From a virus (lineage: Duplodnaviria > Caudoviricetes): a DNA stretch of 35,389 nt. The translations under genes were made by a program, and so were the position numbers. Numbering within the stretch: position 1 is the first letter of the stretch; each line of letters starts with the position of its first letter. The notes below the pieces were generated by a model that ran no database searches, had not been told where the DNA came from, and was given only the letters and a program-made list of their open reading frames with translations. This document shows, piece after piece, positions 33,447-35,389 of the stretch. Where the stretch lies: positions 1 to 35,389 of IMG/VR virus record IMGVR_UViG_3300033067_000489; one strand, 5' to 3'.

Positions 33447-35389
33447 ATGTGCGGCGGTAGCAAGGGCAGCAACACGACGACGACGACGAGTGCGCCGCCG
33501 CCGGAGATTATGGACGCCTATCGCCGCGTGATGGAGCGTGCCGAAGGCGTCGCGGATACCCCTTATACGGCATACAAGGACGCCCCGCTCACAACCGGGT
33601 TGAGCAACAGCCAGAACCAGGCGGCCGGGGTCTATGGCAACGTCGCCGAATGGATTTCGCCGCACTTCTCTCAGGCGGCGGCCTATGCCCAGCCGAACAA
33701 ATTCAGCGCCGAAGCGGTCGGCAAATTCCTGTCTCCCTATACGCAGAATGTCATCGACACCACGATGTCGAACATTCGGCGCGAGAACCAGATTCAGGCG
33801 TCCGATCTTACGTCACAGGGCATCAAGTCCGGTAATGCGTTTGGCGGCGATCGTCTGGGATTGGCGCAGGCCGAACTTGCCCGCGGTCAAGCCATGTCTC
33901 GCGACGCGACTATCGCCGGGCTATGGGACAAAAACTATTCGCAGGCTCTTGGTCAGTTCAATCAGGAGAACCAACAGAAGCAGCAGGCGGCGTCGCTATT
34001 CAATCAGCTCGGCACGGGTTGGGGCAATCTGTTGCTGAACCAGGGCGCTGGCCTTGCCAATATCGGGGCTCAAGAACAGGCCACGGAACAGGCTCGGCTC
34101 ACGGCCCTGTATAACCAGTGGCAGCAGCAGCAGGCGTTCCCGTATCAGCAAGTGCAATGGCTGTCTGGCATCCAGTCGGGGCTTGGGAGCCTGTCGGGTG
34201 GCACGTCATCCACCACGTCGCCGGGCCCGAATGTCGCCGGACAAATTTTGGGGTTCGGAACAGCGGCTCTCGGTTTTCTTTCAGACGAAAGGGCCAAGGA
34301 AGATATCCGCGAGGTCGGCAAGACGCACGACGGCCAGAAGATATACAGCTATCGATACAAGGGCGATCCCCGGACGCAGATTGGACTGTTGGCGCAGGAA
34401 GTAGAGGAAGATCATCCGGAAGCCGTTCACGAGGGCTTTGGCGGATTGAAACACGTCGATTATCGGGAGGCGACGCGATCCGCGGAACGCGCTACGGGCG
34501 GTGCTGTGGCTCCGTATTCGGAGGGGCTTGGGTGGATACCTCAGATTGAAACCAAGCGCGGGGCCGGTGTTGGCATCCCGACGGCGCCAAAGGGCGCTCC
34601 GGATGGGGCTCCCTCCATGAAGGAAATGGAGGGTTTTGGAAAAGCGGCAGGAAACGCATTCCGGTCGGCTGGCAGGCCAACAGACCTGACGGCGCCTGGG
34701 ATGGGTTTTGCGCCCAGCGGGTTGGGAGCTTCGTCCCTTGGGGTGGACATTACTGCTGGCCTTGGCCCGATTTATCGCCGTGGGGGTGCCGTGCCGCGCC
34801 GCGTGAGCGGTTTCGGCATGGGCGGCGTCCATCGGGCGTCTGGTGGGTCAGTTTTTGAAGATCGTCTACGCGACGTGGAAGACGCTATCGCCGATGGCAC
34901 ATTTGATCCTCAAGGCGATAACTACACGACTTTCCGCCCCGGATTGGGGGTTGGCGATGTCGCGCCCGCGCGCGAGGTCGTTGTGGCTGAGGCCCCGTCC
35001 AATGTGGTTCCGCTGCGTCGCGGTCTTGACGTGAACCGGGACGAATTGCCGCCGGAGATTGTGGGGCGTCGCGCGCCGGCATCGGTGTCGCAAGGCGTGA
35101 TGGCCTATGATGAGCCGCGAGAAATGCGAGGGACGGGCACTGATGGGCCTGTTTATCAATCTGAGGGATTTGGCGGCGTCGCTCCACAATCCTCTCAGGG
35201 GCCGTCTGGCGGCCTCCGGGAGGCATTCAGCGCGGGGCTTATCCCCATGACGCCAGAGGTTCGGGCGGCCCTGATTACTGCGGGCCTTGGAATGATGGCG
35301 TCCCGGTCGCCGAATATCGGCAATGCGATCGGTGAGGGCGGTCTGGCGGGCCTGAATGCGTATAGCTCGGCGCAGGCGGCGGCGCGGAA
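33447..35389 (+). CDS. Putative DNA ejection/pilot protein with internal S74-type autocleaving chaperone domain; 3'-truncated
   Basis: Absent from the ORF track because it has no stop in the window. My translation: MCGGSKGSNTTTTTSAPP...FLSPYTQNVID...AFGGDR...FPYQQ...SDERAKEDI (34281)...IYSYRYKGD...IGLLAQEVEEDHPEAV...VDY. Confidence 0.8.
   Translation, partial: MCGGSKGSNTTTTTSAPPPEIMDAYRRVMERAEGVADTPYTAYKDAPLTTGLSNSQNQAAGVYGNVAEWISPHFSQAAAYAQPNKFSAEAVGKFLSPYTQNVIDTTMSNIRRENQIQASDLTSQGIKSGNAFGGDRLGLAQAELARGQAMSRDATIAGLWDKNYSQALGQFNQENQQKQQAASLFNQLGTGWGNLLLNQGAGLANIGAQEQATEQARLTALYNQWQQQQAFPYQQVQWLSGIQSGLGSLSGGTSSTTSPGPNVAGQILGFGTAALGFLSDERAKEDIREVGKTHDGQKIYSYRYKGDPRTQIGLLAQEVEEDHPEAVHEGFGGLKHVDYREATRSAERATGGAVAPYSEGLGWIPQIETKRGAGVGIPTAPKGAPDGAPSMKEMEGFGKAAGNAFRSAGRPTDLTAPGMGFAPSGLGASSLGVDITAGLGPIYRRGGAVPRRVSGFGMGGVHRASGGSVFEDRLRDVEDAIADGTFDPQGDNYTTFRPGLGVGDVAPAREVVVAEAPSNVVPLRRGLDVNRDELPPEIVGRRAPASVSQGVMAYDEPREMRGTGTDGPVYQSEGFGGVAPQSSQGPSGGLREAFSAGLIPMTPEVRAALITAGLGMMASRSPNIGNAIGEGGLAGLNAYSSAQAAAR

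Overview
This window is a 35.4 kb, high-GC segment of a tailed dsDNA phage or prophage, almost all on the + strand. The host is probably an alphaproteobacterium (GcrA homologue, SuhB/MmgR-like sRNA). The order is: small hypothetical genes, terS, a 3.3 kb accessory block (HTH, HNH, GcrA, cupin-like), terL, portal, GroES-like, scaffold, a small inverted cassette, capsid genes, adaptors, TPR-glycosyltransferase, Gly-rich fibre, nozzle-like protein, GNAT and an ejection-type protein with an S74 domain that runs off the end. The layout is podovirus-like; no tape measure, integrase, tRNA or CRISPR was seen. Main finding: terL carries a 316-aa intein (5788-6735) in its Walker B motif. The intein has no recognisable endonuclease in its own frame, but a complete NUMOD4-HNH-HTH endonuclease gene lies inside it on the opposite strand (6654->6043), codon-for-codon in register, with both frames open. 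Other notable items are a phage-borne SuhB/MmgR-like sRNA before the portal gene, an xxGGxV motif shared by several likely internal virion proteins, and a ~50-aa Trp/Pro repeat on the fibre. All family calls are motif recognition by eye; no database searches were run.
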